DNA from: the human T2T-CHM13v2.0 reference genome, Homo sapiens
Length of the DNA: 64,000 nt
Direction: 5' to 3' (one strand)
NCBI RefSeq assembly: GCF_009914755.1
Contig: NC_060927.1
Position 1 is the first letter of the stretch. Each line of letters begins with the position of its first letter. Positions 40,871-54,802 of the stretch are shown here, piece by piece. The notes beneath the pieces were generated by a model that ran no database searches, was not told the origin of the DNA, and was given only the letters and a program-made list of their open reading frames with translations. The position numbers and the translations under genes are program-made.

Positions 40871-41157
40871 TAAAAAACACATAGATAGTTAGACTTTGAA
40901 TTCAATGTAAGCATTTTTAGCTGCTGGAGCTGTTGAGTCATGGATCCTCCAGTGGTTGATAGGAGAAATAGTCAAGTAAAATAGTAATGTCCATCTTCCA
41001 GTGAGTTTTCTTATTACACTGCTTGAGGTTATTACAGCCTTTCAACTTCTTAGCTTATGTATGTAACTCTTATTTTTTCATGTTAAAGGGAAACTCTCAA
41101 GGGATTCAGTATGACAATCATAGTGGTATAAAATTGCCTTTGTTGAGATGAACCCAT

Positions 41158-41530
41158 TGATATGGTTTGGCTGTGTCCCCACACAAATCTCATCTTGAAT
41201 TATAGATCCCATAATCCCCACATGTCATAAGAGGGATCCAGTGGGAGTAATTGAATCATAGGGGTGGTAACCCCCATGCTGCTGTTCTTGTGATAGTGAG
41301 TTCTCATGAGATCTGATGGTTTTATAAGGGGCTTTTCCCCCTTTTGCTCAGCACTTCTCCTTCGTGCCATCATGTGAAGAAGGATGTGTTCGCTTCCCCT
41401 TCTGCCATGATTGTAAGTTTCCTGAGGCCTCCTTAGCCATGCAGAAATGTGAGTCAATTAAACCTCTTTCCTTTGTAAATTACCCAGTCTCAGGTATGTC
41501 TTTATAGTAGTGTGAGAACAGACTAACACA
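41158..41530 (+). mobile_element. THE1 (THE1D-like) solo LTR
   Basis: tgatatggtttggctgtgtcccca...gtgagaacagactaacaca; perfect 5-bp TSD CCCAT. Confidence 0.95.
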
Positions 41531-43303
41531 CCCATGCAATAAGAGTGCTGGAATTTAAACTGAACAGCTAACTTTGACCATCATGTCCTCATGATTCTTG
41601 CTAGAGTTCCAGAGAAAAGTGTACAGAGTAGGCTCACTATATCAGGTCCTCCCTCTCTGGATATGAAAATGGCATAAACTGTGGAGCTTCTCACTAAAGG
41701 AAGTGCAAATGGACTCAAGACATACCCAGGAAGACGGAAAGTAATTTTGAACTTCAAGAACAAAAGGTGTCTTCTGACTGTTTTAAAGTTATTTCATTTT
41801 CCCTGAAACAAACTTTTTTAAGTAAAATCCTAGAAAAACTGCCCTGGAGTCTTTTGTGTGAAGAGTAAGAGAATGGATAGTTGGATGGAGGAGTCAGGTC
41901 CTCAAGTAAGAAAGGAGGCAAACCTCAGATGCCTTCAGAGTTGGGCCCACATGTGGTCTGGTGTGTTGAGCCACACTGCAACTATAGTGTAAAACACTGC
42001 TCCAGGATCCTCCCTTCCTCCCTGTTGGAGCTGACTTGCTCCAGTTGGAAGGCCTTGCAGGCAAGCTTTGAGCTCCTTGCCTCTCTCCCACATTCTAGTT
42101 GGGTGAGGCATCCTCTACCCCTAGGACTCCCACACTCGCCTCAGCTTGTAGCCCAACATCAGTCCTTTTCCCTTGGCACTGAGTTGCTCAGCTCTGAATT
42201 ATGCATTCTTTACTATAAAGGCTATATTTTCCTAACCTCAAACCAGGACATGTGGAATAAGGATACTTTTCCTCAATTTGTCTTGGAAAAGTCTTTAAAA
42301 TATACAAATTAGATCATATTTAGTTATATTTAGTAAAATGCTTCTTTTGAGTTAAAAAAAATGCATGAAATCAAGCTGTCCCAGCACTTCTGTTTCTTAT
42401 AGCACTGTACTTATGGCTGACTGTCCTGAGAAAGCCCTGGAGAATCCATGAAGTCTTGCCCGGGATTCCCTCTCAACTCAGGCTGAATTACTCCAACCTA
42501 AATTTGGCAGCAGTCTTCCCTCTGATGCCCTTGCTCCTGGATAACTTTGTGCATAATTACTTTACCACCTATGGACTAGCAGGCTGGCGGCTTTCAGCCA
42601 TCTCTAACCCTACTCCTAAAGGAGCTTTCGTGTTTTCACTTCTAAGCTTTTAAAACACTCTATATATTTGAAGACCATTTTTAAAAATTACATCTATCCT
42701 CTCCTATTTATCAGTGGTAGTTTCATTTTTTTTCAAAGGTCAACTAAAGACAGTTTATCTCAAATTACAAATTACTTGAAGCAAGTATCTAAATAATCAA
42801 TTCTAACTATGGAGTAGGCAGAGAGGGAGAAACTTCAGGGGGCTTCCCAGAGGCTTTTGAACCACACTGGGTGGGTAAGTACCCCCTCTTCTTTATAAGG
42901 TCTCCTTTATCTCTAAGATCTTGATCTTCGAAGTATGAACTGTTCTTTCTTGAATTCCAGGAAGATTCAAATATCTCATGGATGTGATGTGACGCAGGAT
43001 CTCAAAGACAATGAGAACTCAGGAATTTTTCTTAGGGAAGAAAGAGAAACGTCTCAGGATGTTCTTTTAAAGATAGTTTCTTATCTTGGTCCCCTTACTT
43101 TAGAAGATGAAGATGCTCTCAGCCAAATGTAATGAGATGAGCTGTCGCCCCACTCCCTTTGACTTATACTGTTTTTGAGCCGGTCGATAAAGCACAGAAC
43201 TGTCGCAACCAACTCAGGGGCTTGATGATGGTGTAGGCTGGCAGCTGTGCCTTGTGCCCTGGCTATGGAGAAAGCCCATGTTCCTAGCCTGAGGCAACCA
43301 AAA

Positions 43304-43343
43304 AGAGACAGAACATAGAGAGACAGAACATAGAGAGACAGAA
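43304..43343. repeat. 15-bp tandem repeat (agagacagaacatag, about 2.7 copies)
   Basis: Seen directly; gives the YVLSL repeat in ORF 43081..43443. Confidence 0.85.
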
Positions 43344-44074
43344 TGTAAGAGTGTTCAGGAAAAGTGCAAATCCACCCCCCAAGGTAAACTTCACTCAAAA
43401 TGCTTGTCCTGCTGCTGGAGAATAGCAGTGGCACCTTTTTCACTGCAAAGGAGAAAGTTGCTGTGATGCTAGGTTCTAGAAGTTCTTATTTAAAACCATT
43501 GAATATTCTGTTTTATAAAATGGAAAGCCAAATAAAAGGTTTTCTTTTTTAAATCCATTGTGACAGAATGGCCTTGAAGTATATTAATAGAGTCACCATT
43601 AAAGAAGAGGAGGGAGAAACAATGTCTTAGTTCCATTTTAATCATTGATTTCCCATGGAGATTTAGATAAACTTGTTTCCTTCTCCCTAATCATCTCCAA
43701 GAGTGGAAAGGAATTCCCCCACAGAATTTTAATGTGGGAAGGAACCCTAGAGAATGTCAAGCCTTAAGGCTTACCAGGAAAAAAAAATCAGACATTCAAT
43801 AGAATCTTAGAGCCTGCTCTACTTCCTGAGAGATTCATAAAGGTCATTGATTCTCTCGTTTGAAATGTAATCACCCAGGAAGACTTGATGAAGCAGGAAA
43901 GGAAGGGAGAGAGCTAGAATTACCCAAGCATTTAAAAATATAAATCAGTAGAAAAAAAAGTAGTTTTATTAAATGATAGATAGGAAATGAAACAAAATAA
44001 GGTCTTTGAAAATAGTTGACTAGTGATAGATATAAGCTATGAAATATACATTTTAAACAATATACAGTAATAAT

Positions 44075-44720
44075 AATACTGAGAATCAATACTTACCCAG
44101 TGTTTGCTACAAACCTAGTTTGTCCTGAGCGCTTTACATTTGTGTTTATATTAAGTCACTTAATTCTTATGAGGTAAGTAGGATATTATTATCCAGACTT
44201 TACAGATGAGGGCACTGATGAATAGAGAGATGAAATAACTTGTCCAAGCCTATAAATAAGAGGTTGCAGAGCTGGTATTTACAGCTTAGCAGTCTTGCTT
44301 CAGGATCTGCACTCTTAACCAGTATACATACACACCATGCATTGAAGGTAGTTCCTGTTCAATGGTTCCACTCTGTTACCCAAAAAAATCTCGATCATCT
44401 CAGGCATTTATTGAGCACCTATGGTGTGCCAGTTAATTGGGCCAATTCTTACAACAATCCAAAAACTTTTGTTACTCAAGTAAATCTCAATGAAAATACT
44501 TCAGTGAGCATTCATTGAACACTCATTTGAGTCACTTCTCATGAAACTTTGAGGGGTAGTTTTCGTTACTGCTGTTTTACAAGTGAGGAAACAGATTCAG
44601 AGAGGTGATGTTCAGAGAGGTAAAGTAACTTGCCCAAGGCTACGCGGCTATTTAAGAAAGAGAGTGGATATGTGAATATGTGTCTATCTGAGCTCAAAAG
44701 TGCATTCCTTTCACTATTCT
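44075..44720 (-). mobile_element. Two MIR elements (about 44075-44330 and 44500-44720)
   Basis: tttacagatgagggcactga and ttttacaagtgaggaaacagattcagagagg...aagtaacttgcccaagg. Confidence 0.8.
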
Positions 44721-46119
44721 ACCCTAAGAAATGCAAATGAATAATATCTGAATTTATTTTGCTTTCCATATTTTTAGTTTTTAGATATATTTATTAAATT
44801 TACCTGTGAGATCTTCATTAAACAACAAAATAATAGTCAGTTAACCCTAACTACTTTCTTTTAACCTAAGACCGTACACATATTTGCTTTGAAAACAGTC
44901 ACATAAAGAATAACTGAAGGGACAAACAATATAATTAATATTCTCAACATAATACCTGGTTGGGTCACACATATGACACACATATGACTATTATGTCAAC
45001 TTGAACTTGAAGGATCTTCTATAGAGATTTCAGAAATAGAACGAGAAATAGTGCCTGCTGTTTCAAATCAGCCACTTGCCACTGATTCTGGTTACAACTT
45101 CTTACTTGGACAATGATGAGCCAAAGCTGAATTACAGACTTTGGGCTTCTCTATAGTCTCCTGGTAGTCCAAAAAGCAGCTGATTTATCTGTCAGATCTG
45201 TGTACTAAATGAAATTGCCCAGATAAACAGATGGCCTGGCCAGGGTGGTATTTCACAGCAACATGTGTTTGTTTGAATAACATAGTCATAAACCTTTCAC
45301 TCTGGGTCTAAAATTAAATTGTGACTTTTGGATGTTACCTGGGGCTACACAGGAGAAAGCATTCAAATGTCAAATTTATGGCTTGGTTTTTATCAGTAAG
45401 TTTTATATAATTTTCTATATTCATTTATAAGAAAAACATAAAACATGCATGTTTTGAATGCATGGCTGGGAGAGAATGGAGGGGAGTATTGCATATAAAA
45501 ATCCAATCCCCATGATTCTGATTTACAACTAAACAGACAGATTAATGCATAGGTTTGTATGTTATCTTACAAAAAATATGGTTCACTGCCATTTTGAGCC
45601 TGAAATGTTACATTCCAACACAACAGCAGGCCAAGACTTTGGGATTCACTCACTATAGGGGTATTGATTGTCACTAAATCTTTAAAAATTAAGAGGAGGC
45701 AGGGAAGAAAGCTAACAGTTTGTATAGCATTCTGCTCTAAATGGTAATCAGATGTTCTAGCTATGAATCTTGAAATTGTATCCCTCAGGAGAGCCAAGGA
45801 TGATGCAGGTAGTATGGCATACTGATCAAAGGTAGGATAGGACAAATAAGAAATAAAGCAGAGTCAGTAATGCAGTTCTGTACTATTTTCTCCTCATAGT
45901 CTATATTTGTAAATAATAAGACTGAAATTTTTTGTCTTATTAGAATCACACATTATTATTTGGATATTCTAATAATCCCCCTCCCATTCTTTGTGTTTAT
46001 CTGACTACTATCCATATGAATAAAAGGAATGGCCATACTCTTTATAATACTGTGATGGAATAGCATTATGGAAACCATTTTCTCTTTTCTATTTACGATT
46101 ATGTTACGGCATTCTAATA

Positions 46120-46885
46120 AACATTTTATTTTGAAATAACTATAGATTCACAAGCAGTTGGAGGAAACAATACAGAAGATATACCCTTTATCCCCTTTCC
46201 CCCAATGGTAACATCTTGAAAAACTGTAGTACAATATCACAAACAAAAAATTGACATTGATACAATTCATGGACCTAATTCAGATTTCACTAGTTTTACC
46301 TGTATTCACTTGTGTGTTTATGTATTTAGTTTGATACAGTTTTATCACATGTATAGATTCCTGTGATCACTACCACAGTCAAATACAATTCCTCAGAAGG
46401 ATTCCTCAGGCTACCCTTCTAGAGCTGCAGCCACTTCCTCCTTCTCCCCAGTCTCTAACCCCTGACAACCACTAATCTGTTCTCCATCTCTATAGTTTTG
46501 CCATTTTTTGAATTCTATATAAATGGAATCATATAATATGTAATCTTTTGAGATTGGCTTTTAAACTCAGCATAATTCCCTTGAGATCTAACCAACTTGT
46601 ATTCCTTGGTATAGATCTATTACAGTTTGTTTAATCATTCACTCCATTGAAGAGTAAATGATTAAACAAACTATGGCTCATTTCTAGCTTTGGACTATTA
46701 TGGATAAAGCTGCTATAAACAATTGTGTACAGATATTTGGGTAAACATCAATTTTCATTTCTCAGTAACAAATGCCCAAAGATACAATTGCTAGGTTTTA
46801 TGGTAAGCACATATTTAGTTTTGTAAGAAGCTTCCATACTCTTTTCCAGAATAGCTACACCATTTTACATTTCTACCAGCAATAT
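46120..46885 (-). mobile_element. L1MC-type 3' end
   Basis: ttttattttgaaataactatagattcaca...cccccaatggtaacatctt...ccattttacatttctaccagcaat. Confidence 0.85.
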
Positions 46886-47504
46886 GTTATATTGTTTTTA
46901 TAATAATAAAATGAAATTCCACACATCTTTGATAAACCAGCTTAATTTAAGTTCTCAGGGAGTTTATCCTTCCCTCATTACTTTTATCTGTCTTCAGTTC
47001 TATCTTATATTTCATAATATTTGAGCCATTCATTCACATTTGTGGCCTTTTAATATTTAAACATTATTTTTTATTTTAAAGTCTCATTCCAACTAAATTG
47101 AAAACTCTGTGCATCCTAGGATTATTTTTCTTTGGTATTTTCCTCACAGAACCTGGCACAATAATTAGTAATTAGAAAATGGTTTTTGAATGATTAGAGT
47201 TGAATAGATAAAAGGCAACGTGAATCAATAAAACACACTGTCATTTTCAAAAAATTACCAACTTTCTCTTTAGAAGTGATATTATCAGACTTGGTATACT
47301 CTAGAATCATTTTTATTAATCAGTTTACAATAGATAAGCAAATTGAATGTCTGATTATTCTATTTTCTTCCCAAAATCACCTTGATGCTTTCTCTATAAA
47401 GATGTTAAACCACTATGGAAATATAAAAATATTGTAACAACTTATTAATTAGAATTATTTAATTTAATTACTGCTTTTTATTGCCTTTCTCCAGATACTC
47501 TCAC

Positions 47505-47725
47505 TTGGCCATCCTGGAATAAATGTCTTACAACTAGCTTTCTGGAGGGGGGAAAAAAGCCCTGATTTATAGCATTTGCCAATTTTACAATTATTTCCAT
47601 AATGTAAATACTCCTGCTATGGCCAATTTCATGTTACCATTTTGATGCCACTGAATGCAGGTTTTGGAAAAAACACTTAGAATAGGTTCTCGTGAGTCTG
47701 TACGAGCTGGCTCCAGCACACCAGT
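47505..47725 (-). mobile_element. MER63 hAT-Blackjack element
   Basis: gccctgatttatagcatttgcc...gtacgagctggctccagcacacca. Confidence 0.75.
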
Positions 47726-48039
47726 GCTAGGGACATATTAAACTGAACTATTGGAAAATGCTCTACAATATATAATTCAAATGAATCATCTGTAATATGG
47801 ACACACTGTGAGTTTTTGAGTGACATTGGTCTCAAAAATCTATTTTTTTCAGCAGTAACTTCTAATGTTTATTGCTTTCCCAGAAGTGGCCCAGTCTTCT
47901 CCCATTAACATCTATTCATCCGTGTCTGTGCTCAGATATCTCTTTCTTAGAAAAGTTTCCACTGACCACTCTCCATCCCCAATTAAAGTCAGAACCACAT
48001 GTTATAATTCCTTATCACCGTCTTTTCTTTCGGAGAACT

Positions 48040-48270
48040 GTATATAATTTATGAATATATATTATTCATATATAATTCATAAATTTACATAATTCATATA
48101 ATTTATGAATATATATTATATATACCTATAACTATATAATTCTCTGAATATACATTATATATAAGAACAAGTATATATACATACACGTGTATATATATAT
48201 ACACAGTGTGTATATACATACACGTGTGTATATATATATACACACTTGTTCTTATTTAATGTATATAATC
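48040..48270. repeat. AT-rich complex repeat with inverted duplications, inside an L2 fragment
   Basis: (TA)n, (CA)n and (TG)n blocks; inverted arms 48148-48172 and 48244-48266. Confidence 0.85.
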
Positions 48271-48882
48271 TTTCTAGACTAGAAACTACGTGAGAACAGA
48301 GACTATGTCTATTTTATTTATTTCTAGCCCTAGTAGCACAATGACTAGATGGAAAAATAAATTCCCATTCATATCCAACTTGGTGATGCCATCTCTTTTT
48401 TGTATTGGGTGGCACTGCCTCTGCTCACTTAGCCCATGAGCTTTTTAATTGGGTAGGACATCAAAGGACAATAAAAGCAAGCTATTGCTCTTCCAGCTGT
48501 TCTCATCCCCAGTCATGCCCACATGAGCAAAACATTCTGCACTATTACCATTTGTTGGAAATGGGATGCTGGGGGGTGGGGGGGCTTATTTCTTTAATTA
48601 ACATTTATCAACTTTTTTCTCTTGTTCTATTGTTTTTCCTGTTCTTACCATAAAGTAGTCACTTGTTCAACTGGTTCATTCAATCCTCCAAATTTGCCTG
48701 TTTCTGGGTATTGCCTTTAATTTTACCATTGTTATCCTTGTTTTGTCATTATAGAAGAGGCATTAAGTGATCTTGTTTGTGTCTTTGTTGTTGTATCACC
48801 CACACAAATTGAAAAGCAAGAAAAAGAAAGATTATCTTTTCTAATTTTTCCCCCTCTTCCCCCACTAAAATATAAAAGCATG

Positions 48883-49509
48883 TGTATTAGTCAGGGTTCT
48901 TTAGAAAGACAGAACCAGTAAGATATATAGACATAGATATAGATATAGATATAGATATAGATATAGATATAGATAGATATATATAAAAGAAGGCATTTAT
49001 TAGGGGAATTGGCTCATGCAATTACAGAGACTGAGAAGTCCCACCACAGGCCTTCTGCAAACTGCAAACTGGAGACCTTGGGATGCTGGTAAAGTGGCTC
49101 AGTCCAGGTCCAAAAGCTTCAGAACCAGGGAAATCAATGGTGTAACTCTCAGTCTGAGGCTGAAGGCCTGAAAACCTTCTTAGGTGGAGTTGGGACTGCT
49201 GATGTTAAGTCCTGGAGTCCCAAGGCTGAAGAGCTGTGGGTCCTGATGTCCAAGGGCAGGAGCAGAAGAGTGTGTCTCAGCTCAAGGAATGAGAGGAAAT
49301 CCTTTCCTCTGCCTTTGTTTCATCCTGGTCCCCAGCCAGTTGGATGTTGCCTGCCCACACTGAAGGCAGATCTTCTTCACTCAGTCTACTGACTCACATG
49401 CCAGTCTACCCTGGAAATACCGTCCAGGAAACACCTAGAATTAATGCTTTACCACTTCTCTAGGTATTTCTTAATCCATTCAAATTGGCACCTAAAATTA
49501 ACCATCACT
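48883..49509 (-). mobile_element. MLT2B-like ERVL solo LTR with an internal (ATATAG)n tract
   Basis: tgtattagtcagggttct...gacagaacc...ggaattggctcatgc...cctaaaattaaccatcac; TSD gcatg/gcatt. Confidence 0.9.
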
Positions 49510-50657
49510 GCATTTTTAAAATATTGAATGCTCTATCATCTGGGATCTAAAACAGTACCTGCCACAAAATAGGCGTTCAGTAGACATATGTTGAATGAGT
49601 GAATGAATGAATTTATATCTGAATCATTTTAACAAATAAGAAATGTATGTGGTACATTCTAGACAGAAATTCCTGAGAACAGATGTTCTGCATGAAAACA
49701 CAAAAACACTAAATATTTTTAAAACAGTCTGTTAATAAAAATAACACAAATTAGCAACCAAATACATCTGAAATTGAAATAATTGCTAATTTAGCAGAGA
49801 AAAGGTCAATATATAATGTAATTGATCTTTGTCCTTCCCTACTATACACCTTTCAGACAATGGGTGTTGAAAGTACCAATTTTCTGAATTAACAGCTAAT
49901 AGATTTTTATCTTCAGTAATAATACTCTACACTTATGTGACACTTTATAGATTACAAAATATATTTCATTGTCACATTTGATTATTATACAAACAAAATA
50001 TTTTATGTGCTTATAGTTGGGTTACATGCTATTGAATACAAAAGAAATAAAGATGGAGTGTCAGAGTATGCTAGTGAACTTCCAGAATCTGTTTCTTCTT
50101 TCATAGAAACAAAATTACCAATTTTGAGCTGGACATAGACCAACAACTAAAATATGTGATAATATTCACACTGTCCTGCAACAAAGCTAAGAAAATTCCA
50201 TTTTGGTCAATGGAATTTAAGTGAAAGTGTAGACAACTCGTCCCTTAAAGGGAAGAGACATGCACTTTTTTTATCCCTCCCTACACCTTGGAATGTATAT
50301 ATAATGGCTGGATCGCTAGCGTTTATTTTAACCATGAAAACAAGGGCCACAACTGTGTTCATCTTATCCTCCATTGTATTTCCAATACTCAGCACAAGCC
50401 ATGGAACATAGTAGGTATACAATAAATATTGTCTGAAAAAATGAATACACATGATTTCCTTTATCAGTTTCTCTTCTACTTCTACTTTCTTCTTGGAGAG
50501 GCCTGGACAATTATATTCTTAGGAAGTAGGTATGATAATAGAGATAATAAATGTCCACATTTGCAGTCCCATGCCATGCCACAAATCATCTCTAGCCACT
50601 TACACAGTTCATTAGCTCCATAAAACTACAGAACTCTTAGGAATTCCCCATTTGTAA

Positions 50658-51019
<362 letters not shown>

Positions 51020-52330
51020 AAGAGAATTTACTTCACTAGGTGGACACCAGATAAGATATATTTTAGTAAGTTAATTTTAGTAAATTAATTTAGTAAGTTA
51101 ATTTGAGAAAAGGAAGCAGAAGACCTAATGAGACACAAAGTATGATCAGAGACAGAGAGCAGAGAAGAATTAATGTCAGGAGGGAACAGAGGTCTGCCAT
51201 TGGGGTATAATTCATGTCTCAGAGGCCGGCAGAGTAGGTGTTGGGGCTGGGGCTGCTGCATAGGCAGTAACTTTTGCCCCCAGAGTTCTCACAGGTATCA
51301 TTCAGTCACTGACAATTTCTGCGATTTTATGACCAACTTTATTTAAAAGTTCATTTTGCAGTATCTGTCTCTTGTCATTGCATATTGTTTCAAGGTGTAA
51401 TTATTCTAAAGCTTTTGAGAAAAGATATAGATATATTTTATGGCTATACAGCATATTTCCAAGATCATTTAAAATATCCTAAACTCACAAACTTCCAAAG
51501 TTTCTTAGTAAATTGCTCAGGTAAAATAACATTAGTGTAGTATCAGAAAGGCTTCAAGGAACTTTATACAAAGTAATAGCGTGTTTCTACTACCTTACTG
51601 ATTTGAAAGATAATGCTTAGCAACATCCAATAAAATATCTTGAAATATTAAGGATTCTCAGTCTTACTGGACCCCAGATGGACCCACTGCCTATTTTTTA
51701 TAAAAGATGGATTTTGTGTGTGTGTTTAATGGTGGTATTTTTTGCAGTAGCTAATGCCAAGATTTCAGTAGAGAAATTTGGTGCTGGAAATATTTACTAT
51801 AGTGCTGGCACATAAACCAAGAGCTATCAGACTTTAATGCTTTTTTCCCTAAACTTTTTATAGGCTTTCATTTTTAATTGTTGCCAATCTGCTGATTTTA
51901 TTTTAAATAGATACTTCAAGGCTGTGCTTTGTCAAAACAGACAGATGTATCATTAAATTCCCTCCCAAATTACACATTAGGCAATGTCTTTGTTTCATGT
52001 GCTACAGAGGTATTTGAATTTGTTATAATCTGGAGTTAAACAGGAGGCCAGAGAGCTGATTTTCAGAGCAAAATACTCTATAATTTAGAATTGATTGCTG
52101 TGATTGCGTATAGTTTGGTGAAATGCACATTGGCCAAAGTGAAGGTGGGCATGGTTCTTTGTGCTCATTCTTGTGGGTCATAGGGGCATGGTTTTGTTGG
52201 AAGAGTCTAGTGGAAGAGTCCATATCAGAAATCTCTGGGATTGCTTTTCCCATCTTTTAATCATCTCTTTAAAGAAAAGAGTGAGGAATATTGAAAAGTG
52301 ATTCTCAAATATTTCTTTTCAATTGGATTA

Positions 52331-52803
52331 TGTAGTAGTTTCCAGTGGCTGCTGTTACAAATTACCAAAAATGTAGTGGCTTAAAACAACACAAATTTAG
52401 AATCTTACAGCTCTGCAGAAGTCTGAAATGGGTCTTACTGGGCCAAAATTAAGGCATCAGCCGAGCTGCATTTGTTCTGGGGGCTTGAAGAGAAAATTTA
52501 TTTCCTTGTTCTTCCAGCTTCTAAAAACTGCACACCTTGGCTCATGGCCCTTCCTTCATCTTCAAAGCTAGCAGGGTACCATCTTCAAACCTTCTCTTAC
52601 TCTGACCTTCTTGATCCATTTTTCGCTTCTAAGAACCCTTGAAATTACATTGAATTCCTCCACAAAATACAGGATAATATCCCTCCTGCAATATCCTAAA
52701 CTATCTCATTTTCAAAGTCCCTTTTGCCATGTAAGGTTACATTTTCACAGGTTCTAGGGATTAGGATCTGGACACCTTTGTCAGGTAGTTATTCTGCCTT
52801 CTA
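52331..52803 (-). mobile_element. MaLR solo LTR (MLT1C/D-like)
   Basis: ggctgctgttacaaattacc...gtggcttaaaacaacac...cttttgccatgtaagg...ggttctagggattagga. Confidence 0.85.
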
Positions 52804-53185
52804 TGGGTTATGTATCTAATGGATGCGTATTAAGCAATTTCTGTGTGTAAGGCTTTTTTAAAAAAGGTGAAAGCTCGTGATAGATTTTCTTCCAGCCTGG
52901 ACAACTAAGTCTGGAAAACATCTTTTAAACAAACAAATCTAGTTAATGGTTTTAACAAATGTAAAGAAGTGGAGGCCATTTTGAGGAAAGGAGCCTATTT
53001 TTCAATAACAGAGGCATCTAAGTAAATTGAAGCTTTATGAGAACTAGATGCATATTGTTGCCCATTGTACCCACCTGATAATACGCAAGACAGTGATGCT
53101 ACAATATTCTTTAGTGACCTCTTGTTTTCTCATCCCATAAAGAAAATCCAAGACCGAAATCTCAGAATTGGGAGAGTAAAAGTTC

Positions 53186-53240
53186 AAAAGAAAGGAAAAG
53201 AAAAGAAAAGAAAAGAAAAGCGAAAGAGAGAGAAAGAAAG
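53186..53240. repeat. (GAAAA)n purine repeat
   Basis: aaagaaaggaaaagaaaagaaaagaaaagaaaag. Confidence 0.85.
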
Positions 53241-53324
53241 CAAGCCTGATTATCTTGTTCACATTCTGGTTCACCTGGTTCAAAGGTTGAGGTTAAAATA
53301 TTATCCTAAAAAGGTAATTTGTGG

Positions 53325-54800
53325 GAGGGGCTTCAAGATGGCTGACTAGAAGTATTTCATGCCCACTTCCTCCATTTGGAAGAACCAAAATAGTATATGG
53401 ACAGTCACACTTTGAATACATGATCCAAGAGAATACTGGAATTTAACACAAAAGTGACAAGAAACATCAAAAGTGGCAAGAAACATCAAAAGTGGGAAAC
53501 GGGAAGGAAGAGAGGTAGCCTGCTTGGCCAGTATTGGCTGGGAGCTGGGGGTGGCTTTCCAACATGCAGAAAGGGTGAATGAGAAACTTCCAGCAGCTCA
53601 CATCCCCATTATGATGTTATGTGATCTGGGCCACAAGAGAATCACTTGACTCTCCCTACCCCTGTTACTAACATAGGGAGCTTCTGGGAAACAGAACAGA
53701 TTTGCAGTCCCAATTCTGGGATACTCTGGGATGAGATGGAACTGCTCCAAGGAAGGAGCTTGTGCTGTGGCCCACACCCTTTCTGAGATCTAAATGTCTT
53801 CAGCATCACACTGTTTTCCTTTATAGTGATGCAAATGGACCAAAACCACAAAGAACTCAAATGACTCAACAGGAAAAAAAAATCCCAGTAAAATGTGGGC
53901 AAAGGACATGAGCAGACATTTCTCAAAAGAGGACATACAAGTGGCCAACAAGTATTAGAAAAAATGCTCACCATCACTAATCATCAGAAAAGTGCAAATC
54001 AAAACCACAATGAGATATCACCTTACCCCAGTCTCCAGTCAGAATGGCTATTATTGAAAAGACAAAAAATAATACTTGTTGGTGACAATGTAGAGAAAAA
54101 GGAACTCTTATACACTGTTGATGAGAATGTAAACTAGTACAAGCACTATAGAAAACAGTATGAAGAGTTCTCAAAAAAAACAAAAATAGAACTACTATAC
54201 TATCCAGCAATCCCACTACTGGGTATCCACCCAAAGTAAAAGAACTCAATATATCAAATGCATACCTGCACTCACTGGTTTACGGCAGTACTATTCACAA
54301 TAGCAAAAATATGGAATCAACTTTAGTGTTCATCAATGGGTGAATGTATAAAGAAAATGTGATGCACACACACACACACACACATATACACACAATGGAA
54401 TACTATGTACCCATAAAAAAGAAATCATCTCATTTGCAGCAACATGTATGGAACTGGGGGTTATTATCTTAACTGAAATAATCCAGGCACAGAAAAAGAC
54501 AAATGTTATTTTTTCTCATTTATATGTGGGAGCTAAAATATTTGATTACATGTAGATAGAGAGTAGAATGATAGATAACAGAGACTGGGAAGAGTGAGTG
54601 GGAGGAAAGTGTGAATGAAAAGAAGTGGCTTAAAGGGTACAAACATACAGTAAGATAGAATAAATAAATTCAATGATTTATAGAAGAGCAGAGTGACTAT
54701 ACTTAACAAAAATGTATTGTACTCAGGAGACGGACACCCTAAATAACCTGACTTGATCACTATGCATTATGTATATGTAACAAAACTTCTCATGTGGGTC
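53325..54800 (+). mobile_element. L1MA-type element: 5' UTR joined to ORF2 end and 3' UTR; tail resumes at about 57196-57220
   Basis: ggcttcaagatggctgactaga (5' end); gcaaaggacatgagcagacatttctcaaaaga; atccagcaatcccactactgggtat. Confidence 0.85.
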
Positions 54801-54802
54801 AT

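Noticed and set aside
49675-49689. AGAACA-ga-TGTTCT palindrome resembling a steroid response element
   Set aside because: Spacer is 2 nt; the canonical GRE/ARE needs 3
53895-54249. ORFs resembling known proteins
   Set aside because: Out-of-frame or antisense readings of the L1 ORF2 C-terminal region
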